From NCBI RefSeq assembly GCF_003231495.1, contig NZ_PQWO01000015.1, positions 30,001 through 62,000 of the forward strand: a stretch of 32,000 nt of DNA. The letters are read 5' to 3'. A program made the translations under genes and the position numbers. Below, one piece after another: positions 1 through 8,971 of the stretch; within the stretch, counting starts at the first letter, position 1, and every line of letters starts with the position of its first letter. This stretch comes from Acaryochloris thomasi RCC1774. GTDB lineage: Bacteria > Cyanobacteriota > Cyanobacteriia > Thermosynechococcales > Thermosynechococcaceae. Below the pieces are notes generated by a model. It was not told the origin of the DNA and made no database searches. It was given only the letters and a program-made list of their open reading frames with translations.

Positions 1-1123
1 TGCCCATCTAACCTTTCACGGTGCTGAAGGATCCCGCTTCACCCATTCCTTGGGGGTCATGGAAGTGGCTCGGCGGGTTTTTGATCGGCTCATTCGTCAA
101 TATCCGGCTTTAAAGCCTCACCGAGCACTGGTGCTCTGTGGAGCATTGCTTCACGATATCGGCCATGGTCCCCTCAGCCACACAAGTGAAGACCTGTTTG
201 GCGGCAGTCATGAATACTGGACACGGCGGATTCTGCGAGAGCACCCTGCCATCCGTCAGCGTTTGGACGACTACAGCCCAGATTTGGCAGCGGAGCTAGA
301 GCAGGTCTATCTCAAGCAGTATCCTCTACCCTGCATGAGTCAGCTTGTATCGAGTCAGCTAGACTGTGATCGCCTCGACTATTTGATGCGGGACAGCTAT
401 TTCACAGGCGCTTCTTACGGCAAGCTCGATCTTGACCGCATCTTGATGGCCTTTGACTACGATTCGGTCAGCCAACAGCTAGTGGTCGCCCAAAAGGGTC
501 TAGCCGCGATTGAACACTACTTAGTGGTGCGCTACTTCATGTACGCCCAAGTCTATAATCATGCGAAGAATCTGGCGGCAACTTGGGGGCTACAGCGTAT
601 TATTGAGCGAGCAAAACAGCAGCTCACCAACGATAATTTAGAGGCCGACGACACAATGACGGCTTGGCTGACGCAGCCGACCACGGCGCTATCTCTTGAT
701 CATTATCTTGCGGCTGATGATGGCGTCTTACTCTATCACCTTCAACGCTGGCGGCGTAACGCAGACTCAACCCTGAGCGATCTCTGTCGTCGCCACCTCG
801 ACCGTGACTTACTCAAGGCACTCGACATTAGCGAGCTTGAGGCTGAACAGCAGCAACAGGCTCTAAAACAGGTCCAGCATCTGCTCACGAAAAGAGGGTT
901 ATCCCAGGACTACAGCGGTATTCAGGTAGCTTTAACGCGGGGCTATACGCTTTACCAGCGGGGTATCAATGTGAAGACGGAGCAGGGGCTGCAGGATATC
1001 AGTGAACTGTCGCCTTTGGTACAAACCCTCAGCCAGCCCTTTCGAAAGGCATGGTTGATTTATCCCCGTGCAGTAGAGCCAGATTTGCTGCGTTCTCAAG
1101 CCAATCGCGGAACCTTGCAGTGA
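1..1123 (+). CDS. HD-domain phosphohydrolase (COG1078 / SAMHD1-like dNTP triphosphohydrolase family), 5' end cut by window edge
   Basis: The frame of ORF 50..1123 stays open back to nt 2 (AHLTFHGAEGSRFTHSLGV), so the listed TTG is not the true start. HD-superfamily motifs are present: HSLGV, LLHDIGHGPLSH and DCDRLDYLMRDSYFTG. Confidence 0.85.
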   Translation, partial: AHLTFHGAEGSRFTHSLGVMEVARRVFDRLIRQYPALKPHRALVLCGALLHDIGHGPLSHTSEDLFGGSHEYWTRRILREHPAIRQRLDDYSPDLAAELEQVYLKQYPLPCMSQLVSSQLDCDRLDYLMRDSYFTGASYGKLDLDRILMAFDYDSVSQQLVVAQKGLAAIEHYLVVRYFMYAQVYNHAKNLAATWGLQRIIERAKQQLTNDNLEADDTMTAWLTQPTTALSLDHYLAADDGVLLYHLQRWRRNADSTLSDLCRRHLDRDLLKALDISELEAEQQQQALKQVQHLLTKRGLSQDYSGIQVALTRGYTLYQRGINVKTEQGLQDISELSPLVQTLSQPFRKAWLIYPRAVEPDLLRSQANRGTLQ

Positions 1124-1350
1124 TGGAGAGAGGCAGCCCTCGCCTGATTTATCGATGTTCTCTTTTTTATTCTGTCTCAGCTGAGTTTTCCTCCCGCTGA
1201 GGAGGGACAAAATGTGGTTAACATAGTGAAGACAAAGTTCAGTGGTCTCGCCCGCCATCAAAACACAGGGGAGGTCATCTGAGTCTTTCGCTGGCTTTTA
1301 TACGCCTGTTCTTGCTCATACGTTGTCGTTATCGTACTCCCCTTACAGCT

Positions 1351-1794
1351 ATGAATTCTGACCCCCAAAACCAGCCTGCAGGCACTAGCACTAGCCCGGT
1401 AGAAACATCTGCCTCTATTGAAGTGAGTTCCGGTACACCGGGCGCGTTATCCACAGTTTCCACCGACAATACGGACTGGAACGAGGTCAGTGAAAAAGTG
1501 TTCAGCTACATCGATATGGTTCCCGATTTTGTTGTTCGGAACTTTAACAAATATCGTCAGCCGTTAACTAAGATCGGCATTTTCTTGCTGGCTGTGATTA
1601 GCGTTGCGATCGCAGATGGCGTTCTCGACGTGGTGAACGCTCTCCCTCTGGTTGCCCCTTTGCTGGAGCTAGTGGGTCTTGGTTATACAGGCTGGTTTAT
1701 CTGGCGCTATCTTCTCTATGCTGAGCGACGTCAGGAACTGAGCCGTGATTATCAGGCCCTAAAGGACCGCGTAGCGGGCAAATCAGCTGAGTAA
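1351..1794 (+). CDS. CAAD-domain (CURT1/CurT-like) thylakoid membrane protein
   Basis: The C-terminal half has two hydrophobic helices plus an amphipathic tail (IGIFLLAVISVAIADGVLD...LLELVGLGYTGWFIWRYLLYAERRQEL), typical of CAAD/CURT1 proteins. The ATG at 1351 (MNSDPQ...) is preferred over the listed TTG at 1312. Confidence 0.75.
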   Translation: MNSDPQNQPAGTSTSPVETSASIEVSSGTPGALSTVSTDNTDWNEVSEKVFSYIDMVPDFVVRNFNKYRQPLTKIGIFLLAVISVAIADGVLDVVNALPLVAPLLELVGLGYTGWFIWRYLLYAERRQELSRDYQALKDRVAGKSAE

Positions 1795-1816
1795 CAGCCT
1801 GAGTTTCAAAACAGAT

Positions 1817-1889
1817 GGGCAAGGCAACATCCCTAACTGATGTGCTACGGCATATGAGGTGAAGAAGTTAGGTCTTGCCCTATTTTTTT
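1817..1889 (+). terminator. Putative rho-independent terminator after the CAAD gene (long-loop hairpin plus T-run)
   Basis: GGGCAAGGC (1817-1825) pairs with GGTCTTGCCC (1871-1880), followed by TATTTTTTT (1881-1889). The 46-nt loop weakens the call. Confidence 0.45.
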
Positions 1890-2403
1890 GTCGTTCATAA
1901 TCTGGCGCAATTCGGTCAGAATATTGGGCCAGAGCCAGAGGTACTCACGCTCAATGGCACCCAGCTCTCTACTCTCAGCGAAGAGAAGAGGAACTGGCAA
2001 GGGCTGATATTGAAGGAATGGAGACGACTATCTTGCTATTGCAATAACCAACTGGCATTACGATGCAAGACCACCAATCTTTTCTCAATCGGCACCTTCG
2101 AGTTGCCCAATTAAAAGCGCTAATCTAGCTGCAGCGCAGGAAAAAAGCGCTCGCTAATTCAGCTCAATAGAGACAGGATAACGAGTTGAGGATGTTCACA
2201 ATATCTTCACTAGTAGGCTGTAACTTGTTACGAAGGTTTATATATTTTAGGGTTTTGCAATTGATGTTTTGCTCATTGGCTGTTATTTAGGCTTTCAACT
2301 GAGCAAATCTGAGAAACTTTACCGAAAATTTTCTCGCATTTACAAAGCGCTGTCTTTGAAGATGTAGGTTTTGCCCCTAATTTTTCATCAGGAGGATTGA
2401 CAT

Positions 2404-2886
2404 ATGAATAAGGGAACTTCGATCGGCTCTCTACTTGCTATTGCCGCACTTGCTTCAGGTCTTGGGGTCATTTTTGATTCGTCTCAATCTGCTCTAGCGC
2501 AGCTTGAAGCGCCAGGCGTTGAAGCGGTGCCAGGTGCCCCAGACGCGCCCATTGACGCTCCAGAAGGCGTGCCTACAACGCCTGAGAGTGATCCTGCACA
2601 GACAGAGTCTGTAGACGAAGCAACTGAGGCTGAAGCGGTAGAAACTGATCCCACTGCAGAAGTTGAAGCAGAAGAGACCGAACCCACTGCAGAAGCTGAA
2701 GCAGAAGAGACCGAACCCACTGCAGAAGTTGAAGCAGTAGAAGAAGCTCCTATTGGTGGCGTTGAGTCTCCTGAAGCAGCACCAGATGCAACAGTTGAAG
2801 ATCCTACTGTTGCCCCTGCTGTAGAAGAGCCGTCTACTGATGTAGATGCGACATCTGCTGAAGAGCCAGTGCCTGGCCTCTGGTAG
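2404..2886 (+). CDS. Secreted, extremely acidic Glu/Pro/Thr/Ala-rich repeat protein (function unknown)
   Basis: AGGAGGA lies 8 nt upstream of the ATG. There is an N-terminal signal peptide (SLLAIAALASGLGVIFDSSQSALA). The rest is low-complexity acidic sequence with TEPTAE(V/A)EAEE repeats. Confidence 0.75.
   Translation: MNKGTSIGSLLAIAALASGLGVIFDSSQSALAQLEAPGVEAVPGAPDAPIDAPEGVPTTPESDPAQTESVDEATEAEAVETDPTAEVEAEETEPTAEAEAEETEPTAEVEAVEEAPIGGVESPEAAPDATVEDPTVAPAVEEPSTDVDATSAEEPVPGLW
2641..2739 (+). repeat. Three tandem 33-bp in-frame repeats inside the acidic protein gene
   Basis: Units at 2641-2673, 2674-2706 and 2707-2739 (gagaccgaacccactgcagaag[c/t]tgaagcagaa) differ at only a few positions. 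Confidence 0.9.
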
Positions 2887-3017
2887 TAGATCCCGCTTTT
2901 TATCCATCAGTCAGATGATCATCTTTGCTAGTTGCTTTCTCGGCACTTGAAAGAAAGCAACCGGCAACGGTTAATTTGACGTTTGAGGCGACGACACTAC
3001 TCTGACAAAAAACATCG

Positions 3018-3044
3018 GCCTCGTGATTTCAATAATCACGAGGC
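3018..3044. terminator. Bidirectional intrinsic terminator between convergent genes
   Basis: Perfect 11-bp stem gcctcgtgatt / aatcacgaggc with a 5-nt loop. It is flanked by an A-run on the left (acaaaaaaca) and T-rich sequence on the right (ttgttaatttt), so a U-tract follows on either strand. Confidence 0.7.
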
Positions 3045-3082
3045 TTGTTAATTTTATGAGTGAATTTTGGTCTTTACGGCTG

Positions 3083-3868
3083 CTAGCGCAATTGATGATC
3101 GGCTCTTGTTAGCTGCCAAAGATCTTCTTGATCAGAATTAGGGCAGATCAACCAATTGCGCCAGGTCCAGGGCTGAGTCTGCTGCTGTATTTCCGCTACC
3201 GAAAGACTTAACAATGCTGCTAACTCTTCAATAGAAATTAAATAGCCCTGGGTCGCAATTTCATCTGCGAGTCGTAGAACTTGAAGAGAGCGGTTGAGAG
3301 TCTGCATTTGCTGCTCAGAGGACGGAGGTTGGAAACCTGCTGTTTGAGCCACAACCGTCGTAGTAACAGTAGCTGACTCGGTTCTCGCACTCTCAGATGA
3401 AGTCCCACCGCTACAAAGGCCCGGAGGGTTCCCTACAGAGAAGCCTCGGGCAATCTCATCACAGCGGTCGTTGCCGATATCGCCGGAATGGCCTTTGACA
3501 TAGCGCCATTCGATGGCATCTGAATTCAATTGGTCCAGAATTTTCCATAGATCTTGATTGAGGACAGGAGAACCCTTAGCGGTCTTCCAGCCCTTGCGTT
3601 TCCAGCCTGCGACCCATTGGGTGACGCCTTTTTTGACGTACTCGCTATCGGTGTATAGCGGAATAGTGCCTGACGGGGAGAGAGTTCTGAGATATTCTAA
3701 ACTTGCGATCGCAGCCTGCAATTCCATCCGATTATTGGTGGTCTCAGCGGCAGCACCGCCCAGCTCTTGGCAGGTCCCATCATCGAAATAGACCACGACG
3801 CCCCAGCCGCCAGGGCCAGGGTTCCCGGAACAGGCACCGTCGGTGTAGATGCTTTTGACAGAGGGCAT
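3083..3868 (-). CDS. rnhA: Ribonuclease HI with about 110-aa C-terminal extension
   Basis: The N-terminal 150 aa carry the DEDD-H catalytic set in canonical context (YTDGAC, NNRMELQA, YTDSEYV, KGHSGD, GNDRCDE). Residues from about 150 to 261 have no RNase H counterpart. Confidence 0.9.
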   Translation of the reverse strand: MPSVKSIYTDGACSGNPGPGGWGVVVYFDDGTCQELGGAAAETTNNRMELQAAIASLEYLRTLSPSGTIPLYTDSEYVKKGVTQWVAGWKRKGWKTAKGSPVLNQDLWKILDQLNSDAIEWRYVKGHSGDIGNDRCDEIARGFSVGNPPGLCSGGTSSESARTESATVTTTVVAQTAGFQPPSSEQQMQTLNRSLQVLRLADEIATQGYLISIEELAALLSLSVAEIQQQTQPWTWRNWLICPNSDQEDLWQLTRADHQLR

Positions 3869-3897
3869 CGGCTTTTTTGCTTAGTAGAGATTAAGAG

Positions 3898-4395
3898 CTA
3901 CCACCAGCGGAGCTGAGCAAATCCCAGCTCAGGTCGAGCAAGCTCTTCTTCAGTGAGCCAGTCTACCAGCTTATAAGTGCCAAAAACATGGTCCCACCAG
4001 TCCACAGCGAGGCCAAAGTTGTGGTGCCACATTCCGTACTTGTGATGGACGTAATGCACCGGCATTTTCATCCAAAAGCACTTTGTCGGATTCTCATGCT
4101 GAAGCTGATGGGCGTAGGCTGAGAAGGCCGCAAAAGCCAACGCTCCCGACATCCAGCCAATCCCTGCCGGGATAGAGAAAAAGAACGGCACGCACATAAA
4201 AATGAAGCTGCCCTTCACATAGTCCCGAAATTCTAGGGCCACACCCTGGCCTTCGTTGCGGCGGTGATGATCACGATGGCGCTCGCCAATCTTCTCGTTG
4301 ACGTGCATCAAGCGATGCAGCCAATACTCCACTAAACTTGCAAAAATGAAGGCTCCAATGAAACAAGCAACTGCAATCACAGATTCTCTCCTCAC
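3898..4395 (-). CDS. Fatty acid hydroxylase / sterol desaturase superfamily membrane protein (small, di-iron His-box)
   Basis: His boxes HRLMH, HRDHHRR, HQLQHE and HYVHHKYGMWHHNFG sit between hydrophobic segments. The gene ends 29 nt upstream of rnhA on the same strand. Confidence 0.75.
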   Translation of the reverse strand: MRRESVIAVACFIGAFIFASLVEYWLHRLMHVNEKIGERHRDHHRRNEGQGVALEFRDYVKGSFIFMCVPFFFSIPAGIGWMSGALAFAAFSAYAHQLQHENPTKCFWMKMPVHYVHHKYGMWHHNFGLAVDWWDHVFGTYKLVDWLTEEELARPELGFAQLRWW

Positions 4396-4547
4396 CCGTC
4401 TATCGTCTTAAATGTATCAATAACTTTACGTTTTGTGCCAATCATTGTTCGAAATCGATCTGCGGGAAGCCATCCGATCATTTGTTGTTATCTCACAAAT
4501 CCGCTTTAATCGAGAGTCAGGCATGGGTGATGAAGGATAGTGATTCA

Positions 4548-6236
4548 ATGATTAATCCGGTGGCTTCGTTGGTGACCGCTGCAGCTCAACAGATGAGACG
4601 TAGCTTTCACGGCAAGGCCCAGCACACAGAATCGAGGCAATCGCAATTTCTGCAGACGCTGCTGCGGACTTATCAAGACACTGAGATGGGGCGTCAGCTC
4701 AAGCTGACGGCGATTAGCTCTGTCGATCAGTTTCGGGCTCAGGTTCCCATTCGTCCCTACGCGGACTATGAGCCTTGGATAGAGAAAGCGGCTGCGGGGA
4801 AAGCCAATGTGCTGACCCCAGACCCCGTCACCTATCTCAACTTCACCAGTGGATCCACCGGTAAGCGGAAGCTGATTCCCGTGACCTGGAGATCGCGGCA
4901 GTTTCGGGTCAAGGCGACCAACACGAGTCTGTTCTTTGCCCTGGGTGCTGCGGCCCAAAAACGGCAGACGTCTTTAGGTAAAATCCTGCTGACTAGCTCA
5001 ATCGAGCTGGAGGGGCACACGTCGGCGGGAATTCCCTATGGCCCTGTGAGCGTGGGTGATTTGCGCCAAAACAATGTGTTCAAGCGCAGTCTAATGGCCC
5101 ATCCGCTGATGGCTCTGGAGCCGGTTGATAGTTTGGCTCGACACTATGTCTGTTTTTTGTTCGCCCTCGCCAATCCACGTCTTAAGGTGATTGGTGCGAA
5201 TTTTCCGGTGTTAGCACTGAAGCTCTGTGAGCATCTAGAACAGCAGGCGGAGTCTTTGTTGACCGACCTAGAGCAGGGGACTCTGGCTTCGTGGCTAAAG
5301 CTGGATGAAGGGTTGCGATCGCAACTCCTAACTCGCCTCAAGGCACATCCCCAGCGAGCAGCTCAGCTTCGTCTCCAGCGTCAGCAAACAGGCCGCTTTA
5401 CCCCCCAAATGATTTGGCCCCACCTCAATTTCATTACCACGGCTCTAGGGGGCACCTCAGACTTCTATCTCAAGCGCTTCCCAGACTATTTTGGCGACAC
5501 GCCGATCTTTGGTGGCATCTATGCTTCAGCCGAAGCCGTCTTTGGGGCCTACCACAGCTTTAACAACGACGGTGCCGTGCTAGCCATTGAGAGCGGTTTC
5601 TATGAATTTATCCCGCCCGAGCAGTGGGATGTCGAGCAACCGAAAACGCTACTGGCCGAGCAGGTGCAGGTGGGCGAATGTTATCGAATTCTAGTCACCA
5701 ACTACAACGGCTTTTATCGCTACGATATTGGCGACGTGGTCGAGGTGGTGGGTTTCTACGGCAAGGCTCCGATTATCACCTTTCGTCATCGTCGGGGGGG
5801 GCTGCTATCGTCAGTCACCGAGAAGACCACTGAATATCACGTGATTCAGGTGATGCAAACGTTGATGGCGGAGTTTGAGGTGGCGCTGACGGACTTCTGC
5901 ATCACGCTCTCGAAGGAAGAGACGCCACCGCCCTACTTGGTCAATATTGAGCTGCAGATGGGGGATGCGATCGCAAATCCTCAGGCGTTCCTAGAGCGAT
6001 TTGATCAGGAATTGCAGACCATCCACGCCTCTTACGCGGTCAAACGTCGGACCCAGGTGCCGCCCCCTCAGCTGCGTATTCTGCAGCCAGGCAGCTTCGC
6101 AACGATGCGTCAGCAGATGATTGCCCAGGGCATCCCAGAATCTCATCTCAAATTTCCGCACATTAGTGAAGATCGACAGTTCTTGACTAACCTCCCCGTT
6201 GAGCAGAACATCACGCTCTCCCGTCCCCTTTCGTGA
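4548..6236 (+). CDS. GH3-family acyl acid amido synthetase (adenylating enzyme)
   Basis: GH3 motifs are present: FTSGSTGKRKLIP (motif 1), IYASAEAV (motif 2) and YRYDIGDVVEV (motif 3). The start is uncertain; candidates are 4482 TTG, 4530 ATG and 4548 ATG, and 4548 has AAGGA 10 nt upstream. Confidence 0.85.
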   Translation: MINPVASLVTAAAQQMRRSFHGKAQHTESRQSQFLQTLLRTYQDTEMGRQLKLTAISSVDQFRAQVPIRPYADYEPWIEKAAAGKANVLTPDPVTYLNFTSGSTGKRKLIPVTWRSRQFRVKATNTSLFFALGAAAQKRQTSLGKILLTSSIELEGHTSAGIPYGPVSVGDLRQNNVFKRSLMAHPLMALEPVDSLARHYVCFLFALANPRLKVIGANFPVLALKLCEHLEQQAESLLTDLEQGTLASWLKLDEGLRSQLLTRLKAHPQRAAQLRLQRQQTGRFTPQMIWPHLNFITTALGGTSDFYLKRFPDYFGDTPIFGGIYASAEAVFGAYHSFNNDGAVLAIESGFYEFIPPEQWDVEQPKTLLAEQVQVGECYRILVTNYNGFYRYDIGDVVEVVGFYGKAPIITFRHRRGGLLSSVTEKTTEYHVIQVMQTLMAEFEVALTDFCITLSKEETPPPYLVNIELQMGDAIANPQAFLERFDQELQTIHASYAVKRRTQVPPPQLRILQPGSFATMRQQMIAQGIPESHLKFPHISEDRQFLTNLPVEQNITLSRPLS

Positions 6237-6312
6237 CGAACACCATCGGGAACTGTCGGAGGTAGAGCCAGTTCATAGGCTATGGTGGAAAGCTGAAGAG
6301 GAGGAGTGAAGT

Positions 6313-7071
6313 ATGACTGATTGGGTGCGTGTTCTAGTTAATAGCCCGATTGTGAAGGGCATCATCAATGCAGTTCCTGAGTATTCCAAAGTGGGGGACT
6401 CGGTCTTTTTTACAAACGATCAGTTTCCCTGGTCCTATGAGCTAGAAGCCGACTGGGAGGTAATTCGGACAGAACTCGATCAGGTGTTGGCCTATGCATC
6501 GGAGCTACCGAATTTTCAGGACATCATGCCCCGCCAGCAGCGCCTCACCCAAGATAACGGCTGGAAAACCTTTTATTTTCATGCGTTTGGGTTCACAGCA
6601 GAGAAGAACTGTGAGCAGTGTCCTGAAACGTGGAAGCGCCTCAAGCAAATTCCGGGGCTAAAGACGGCCTTCTTTTCGATTTTGGCGCCGGGGAAGCACA
6701 TTCCTGAGCATTACGGTAAGCACAAGGGGATCATTCGCTATCATTTGGCGCTGCGGGTACCGGAGCCGCGTGAAAACTGCTGGATTATGGTGGATGGTCA
6801 TAAGAGGCACTGGGAAGAAGGTAAGAGCCTGATTTTTGACGATACGTTCATGCACCAGGTTCGTAATGATACCGATGGCTATCGGGTGGTGTTATTTGTA
6901 GATATTGCGAGGCCGCTGCGGTTCCCGTTGTCGTTGGTGAATGGGTTGGTATCGCAGGGGCTGCGATTTTCGCCGCTGGTACAAACGGCGAAGGCAAATC
7001 ATCAAAGCTGGGAGAAGCGGTTTGAGGCTTCAAAGCAAGAAGAGAAGAAGCCGCTGACGCCAGTGGGCTAG
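6313..7071 (+). CDS. Aspartyl/asparaginyl beta-hydroxylase-family 2OG/Fe(II) oxygenase
   Basis: The pattern ILAPGKHIPEHYGKHKGIIRYHLALRVP...WEEGKSLIFDDTFMHQVRNDTDGYRVVLFVD matches the Asp_Arg_Hydrox cupin core. A GAGGAGGAG RBS lies upstream of the ATG. Confidence 0.85.
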   Translation: MTDWVRVLVNSPIVKGIINAVPEYSKVGDSVFFTNDQFPWSYELEADWEVIRTELDQVLAYASELPNFQDIMPRQQRLTQDNGWKTFYFHAFGFTAEKNCEQCPETWKRLKQIPGLKTAFFSILAPGKHIPEHYGKHKGIIRYHLALRVPEPRENCWIMVDGHKRHWEEGKSLIFDDTFMHQVRNDTDGYRVVLFVDIARPLRFPLSLVNGLVSQGLRFSPLVQTAKANHQSWEKRFEASKQEEKKPLTPVG

Positions 7072-7074
7072 CCC

Positions 7075-8142
7075 CTAAACGATTTTTTGGAGCGTTGCTT
7101 CCATAACAGCAGTGGTTTGACCAAACACGGTGAAGGCTAGGGCTTCTCGGTAAACGCGCTGGGCTGGATGATCTCGATAATTGGCGGCTCCCCGCGAGAC
7201 AATGACGGCCATGTGGGCACAGCGGACAGCCATGTCAATAGCTTCAGCCCTGAGGGCTAATCTGTGCTCAAACGACGACTCGGGTTCTAGATGAGCTTGG
7301 TAGATGGCCTGACGGCAGATGTCTAGGGTGTGGAGTTGCGATCGCAAACCCCTCTCCACAAAATCTGGCAGGTTCGCCTGTGCTGCAGCCACAATATCTA
7401 GACCGGCCTGGGCGCAGCCCAACGCAAAGAAGCTATGCTGCAGAACATTCCGCCGATCTTTTTCGTGGATCCATCTAGCAGGCTGGATTGAAAGGACGTG
7501 CGTCTGGGGCAGGTACCAGTCCCGCACAGTGGCCTCTACAGTTTGAGTTGACTCCATAACCGCCAACTGAAGCGGCTCACTCAGACAAAGACGGCCCCCC
7601 TGCACTTGAGTCTGGGCCTCGAAGGGCATCAGTCCGAACAAAGATTCACCATTGGGCAAAGTAGCCCCAACAATAAACTGCTGGAAGCAGCCAAAGCCCG
7701 TAATCCAGGGCACTTCTCCATAGAGCTGATAGCCGGTTTCACTAGGAACGGCTTTAAGTACAGGGACACCTTGACGCCTAAGTTGCGAGAAGCCGACGCC
7801 CATGAGTAGCTTACCGCTAACCATCTCCGAGAGATATTGCTGCTTGAGCGCTTCATTTTGGCTCGCTGCCAGCATTGAGGCGGCGCTCTGATGCTGCGTT
7901 TGCAGAAAGGCTAAAGCACCTGAATAGCGGCTGACTAACTCCTGGAATTGCAGAAACGCCAAAGAATTGAGGCCTTGACCACCCCACTTCGGGTCCACTC
8001 GCAGCCCCAGGAGATGCTCATTACCCAAGTCTTTAACGGCCTGAGCCAAACGCTGTGGATCACGATCTAGTTCTGCCGCTTGGGGCGCAATCTTAGCCTG
8101 CAAATAAGCTTGGGTCTGTTTCAGCCGTTCGGACATTTGCAC
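7075..8142 (-). CDS. Acyl-CoA dehydrogenase-family flavoprotein
   Basis: Length and overall pattern fit: an N-terminal helical domain, a middle beta-domain (GVGFSQLRRQG...PWITG) and a C-terminal helical bundle (ANYRDHPAQRVYREALAF). Substrate is unknown. Confidence 0.75.
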   Translation of the reverse strand: MQMSERLKQTQAYLQAKIAPQAAELDRDPQRLAQAVKDLGNEHLLGLRVDPKWGGQGLNSLAFLQFQELVSRYSGALAFLQTQHQSAASMLAASQNEALKQQYLSEMVSGKLLMGVGFSQLRRQGVPVLKAVPSETGYQLYGEVPWITGFGCFQQFIVGATLPNGESLFGLMPFEAQTQVQGGRLCLSEPLQLAVMESTQTVEATVRDWYLPQTHVLSIQPARWIHEKDRRNVLQHSFFALGCAQAGLDIVAAAQANLPDFVERGLRSQLHTLDICRQAIYQAHLEPESSFEHRLALRAEAIDMAVRCAHMAVIVSRGAANYRDHPAQRVYREALAFTVFGQTTAVMEATLQKIV

Positions 8143-8177
8143 CTGAGAACTATCTGCTCATAGGGTAGCCGATCCGC

Positions 8178-8870
8178 TTAAGTTGCCTGTTTCAATTGGA
8201 TTGCAGTAGCCTGCGTTTGCTTCAGAAACGCTTCCATTAGAGGCTGACCAGCTTGCATCAAAGCCGCTACCGCCTCAGGTGCTGCCGTTTCCGGTGTACC
8301 TGCAAACGGCGGCTTTGGACTGTACTCCATCATCAACTGAGCCATCTGAGCCGTTGTTTCACCATAAAGTAAGCTGAGCAGCGTCAGGCCAAAGTCCAGT
8401 CCCGAGGTAACGCCAGCGCCGGTTACTCGATTGCGGTCAATCACCACGCGCTCCGGTACAACCTCTACTCCCAGCAAAGCCAACTGATCGCGAAACAGGT
8501 AATGGGTAGTGGCGCGATACCCTTGCAAAAGACCTGCTGCAGCCAAGATCAGAGAACCCGTACAAACGCTCGTTACGTATTGAGATGTAGTACTCTGGTG
8601 GCGCAAAAAATCCAGACAATCAGGATCCTGAATCACCTTGAGCTGCCCCAGTCCACCCCCCGGCACACAAATGACATCTAGCGGCGGGCAATCATCTAGG
8701 GTAACGGTAGGCTGGAGGATGAGTCCTTCATTGCTCTTGAGAGGTGCCGTGGTTTTCGCAATTAGATGGAGGCTGGTTTGAGGCGGGAAGGCCAGCACCT
8801 GATAGGCCGCCGTCACATCAAGCTGAATCACGTCTGGATAAATCAAAAAGCCAATTTGGGTTTGCTGCAT
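8178..8870 (-). CDS. DJ-1/PfpI family protein, isocyanide (isonitrile) hydratase-like
   Basis: IGFLIYPDV, DCPPLDVICVPGG, the nucleophile-elbow VTSVCTGSLILAAAGLLQGYRATTH and the C-terminal MEYSPKPPF match the isocyanide hydratase subfamily as I remember it. The start is trimmed to the ATG at 8870 (MQQTQIGF); the longer ORF to 9035 would overlap the divergent regulator. Confidence 0.8.
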   Translation of the reverse strand: MQQTQIGFLIYPDVIQLDVTAAYQVLAFPPQTSLHLIAKTTAPLKSNEGLILQPTVTLDDCPPLDVICVPGGGLGQLKVIQDPDCLDFLRHQSTTSQYVTSVCTGSLILAAAGLLQGYRATTHYLFRDQLALLGVEVVPERVVIDRNRVTGAGVTSGLDFGLTLLSLLYGETTAQMAQLMMEYSPKPPFAGTPETAAPEAVAALMQAGQPLMEAFLKQTQATAIQLKQAT

Positions 8871-8971
8871 AGGTTTGTGGTTCTTCTGGGTCAAGCAATA
8901 TCCAACTATGCTAGAGGGGGGCTGGCGATGCCAATAGTCCTCAAGTGGGTACTCTTTTGTGGTTTTTATCG

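Noticed and set aside
932-1261. 109-aa minus-strand ORF overlapping the 3' end of the HD-domain gene
   Set aside because: It overlaps a well-supported gene on the opposite strand, and its composition is not protein-like.
1875-2114. 79-aa plus-strand ORF after the CAAD gene
   Set aside because: Its start lies inside the putative terminator stem and T-run. It has no RBS and no recognisable motif. The minus strand shows only a start-less open stretch (ELGAIEREYLWLWPNILTELRQI), and neither reading is supportable as a gene.
2641-2739. Possibility that the 33-bp direct repeats are a CRISPR array
   Set aside because: The repeats are directly tandem with no spacers and in frame within a coding sequence. 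No cas genes are present.
2484-2907. Two antisense ORFs (78 and 137 aa) within the acidic repeat protein gene
   Set aside because: They are low-complexity mirror frames produced by the GAA/GCA-rich repeats. The sense frame has the RBS and signal peptide.
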